Program-made: the position numbers and the translations under genes | Shown here: positions 7,517-7,606 of the stretch, piece after piece | How the letters are laid out: every line of letters begins with the position of its first letter | Numbering within the stretch: position 1 is the stretch's first letter | The notes under the pieces: generated by a model | Databases searched by the model: none | Told to the model about the DNA's origin: nothing | What the model saw: the letters and a program-made list of their open reading frames with translations, nothing else | Source of the DNA: Trichoplax adhaerens | Taxonomy: Eukaryota > Animalia > Placozoa | NCBI RefSeq assembly: GCF_000150275.1 | Contig: NW_002061024.1 | Location: 8,402-16,007, forward strand | Length of the DNA: 7,606 bases | Reading direction: 5' to 3'

Positions 7517-7606
7517 ATTTTACTTTTCAACTACGATCAAAATATACAATTTGAGAAAAATAGTCACAATTTGTCTACTCGATAGGGTAAAAATTTGATC
7601 GCTGAC

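Overview
AT-rich eukaryotic draft-assembly window with two N gaps (1308-2082, 775 N; 5242-5291, 50 N). The repeat consensus resembles TPR proteins I recall from the placozoan Trichoplax, but this is unverified. The minus strand carries two copies of a gene for a TPR protein built from 42-aa (126-bp) repeats with an E/K/Q-rich tail. Copy A (5531-7516) is complete, has 5 core repeats and an N-myristoylation motif. Copy B (2775 to the gap) lacks its 5' end and has at least 14 core repeats in a 756-bp higher-order repeat. The repeats are nearly identical in DNA but vary mainly at TPR groove positions 2, 5, 8/9, 12, 13 and 31-33, and no core repeat is identical between the copies. The copies may be two unmerged alleles of one locus. 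Downstream on the same strand are phase-1 exons, one encoding a FADD-like death domain, and a phase-1 donor sits just after the TPR tail. Main hypothesis (inference): a membrane-anchored, repeat-shuffling variable TPR receptor coupled to death-domain signalling, for innate immunity or allorecognition.
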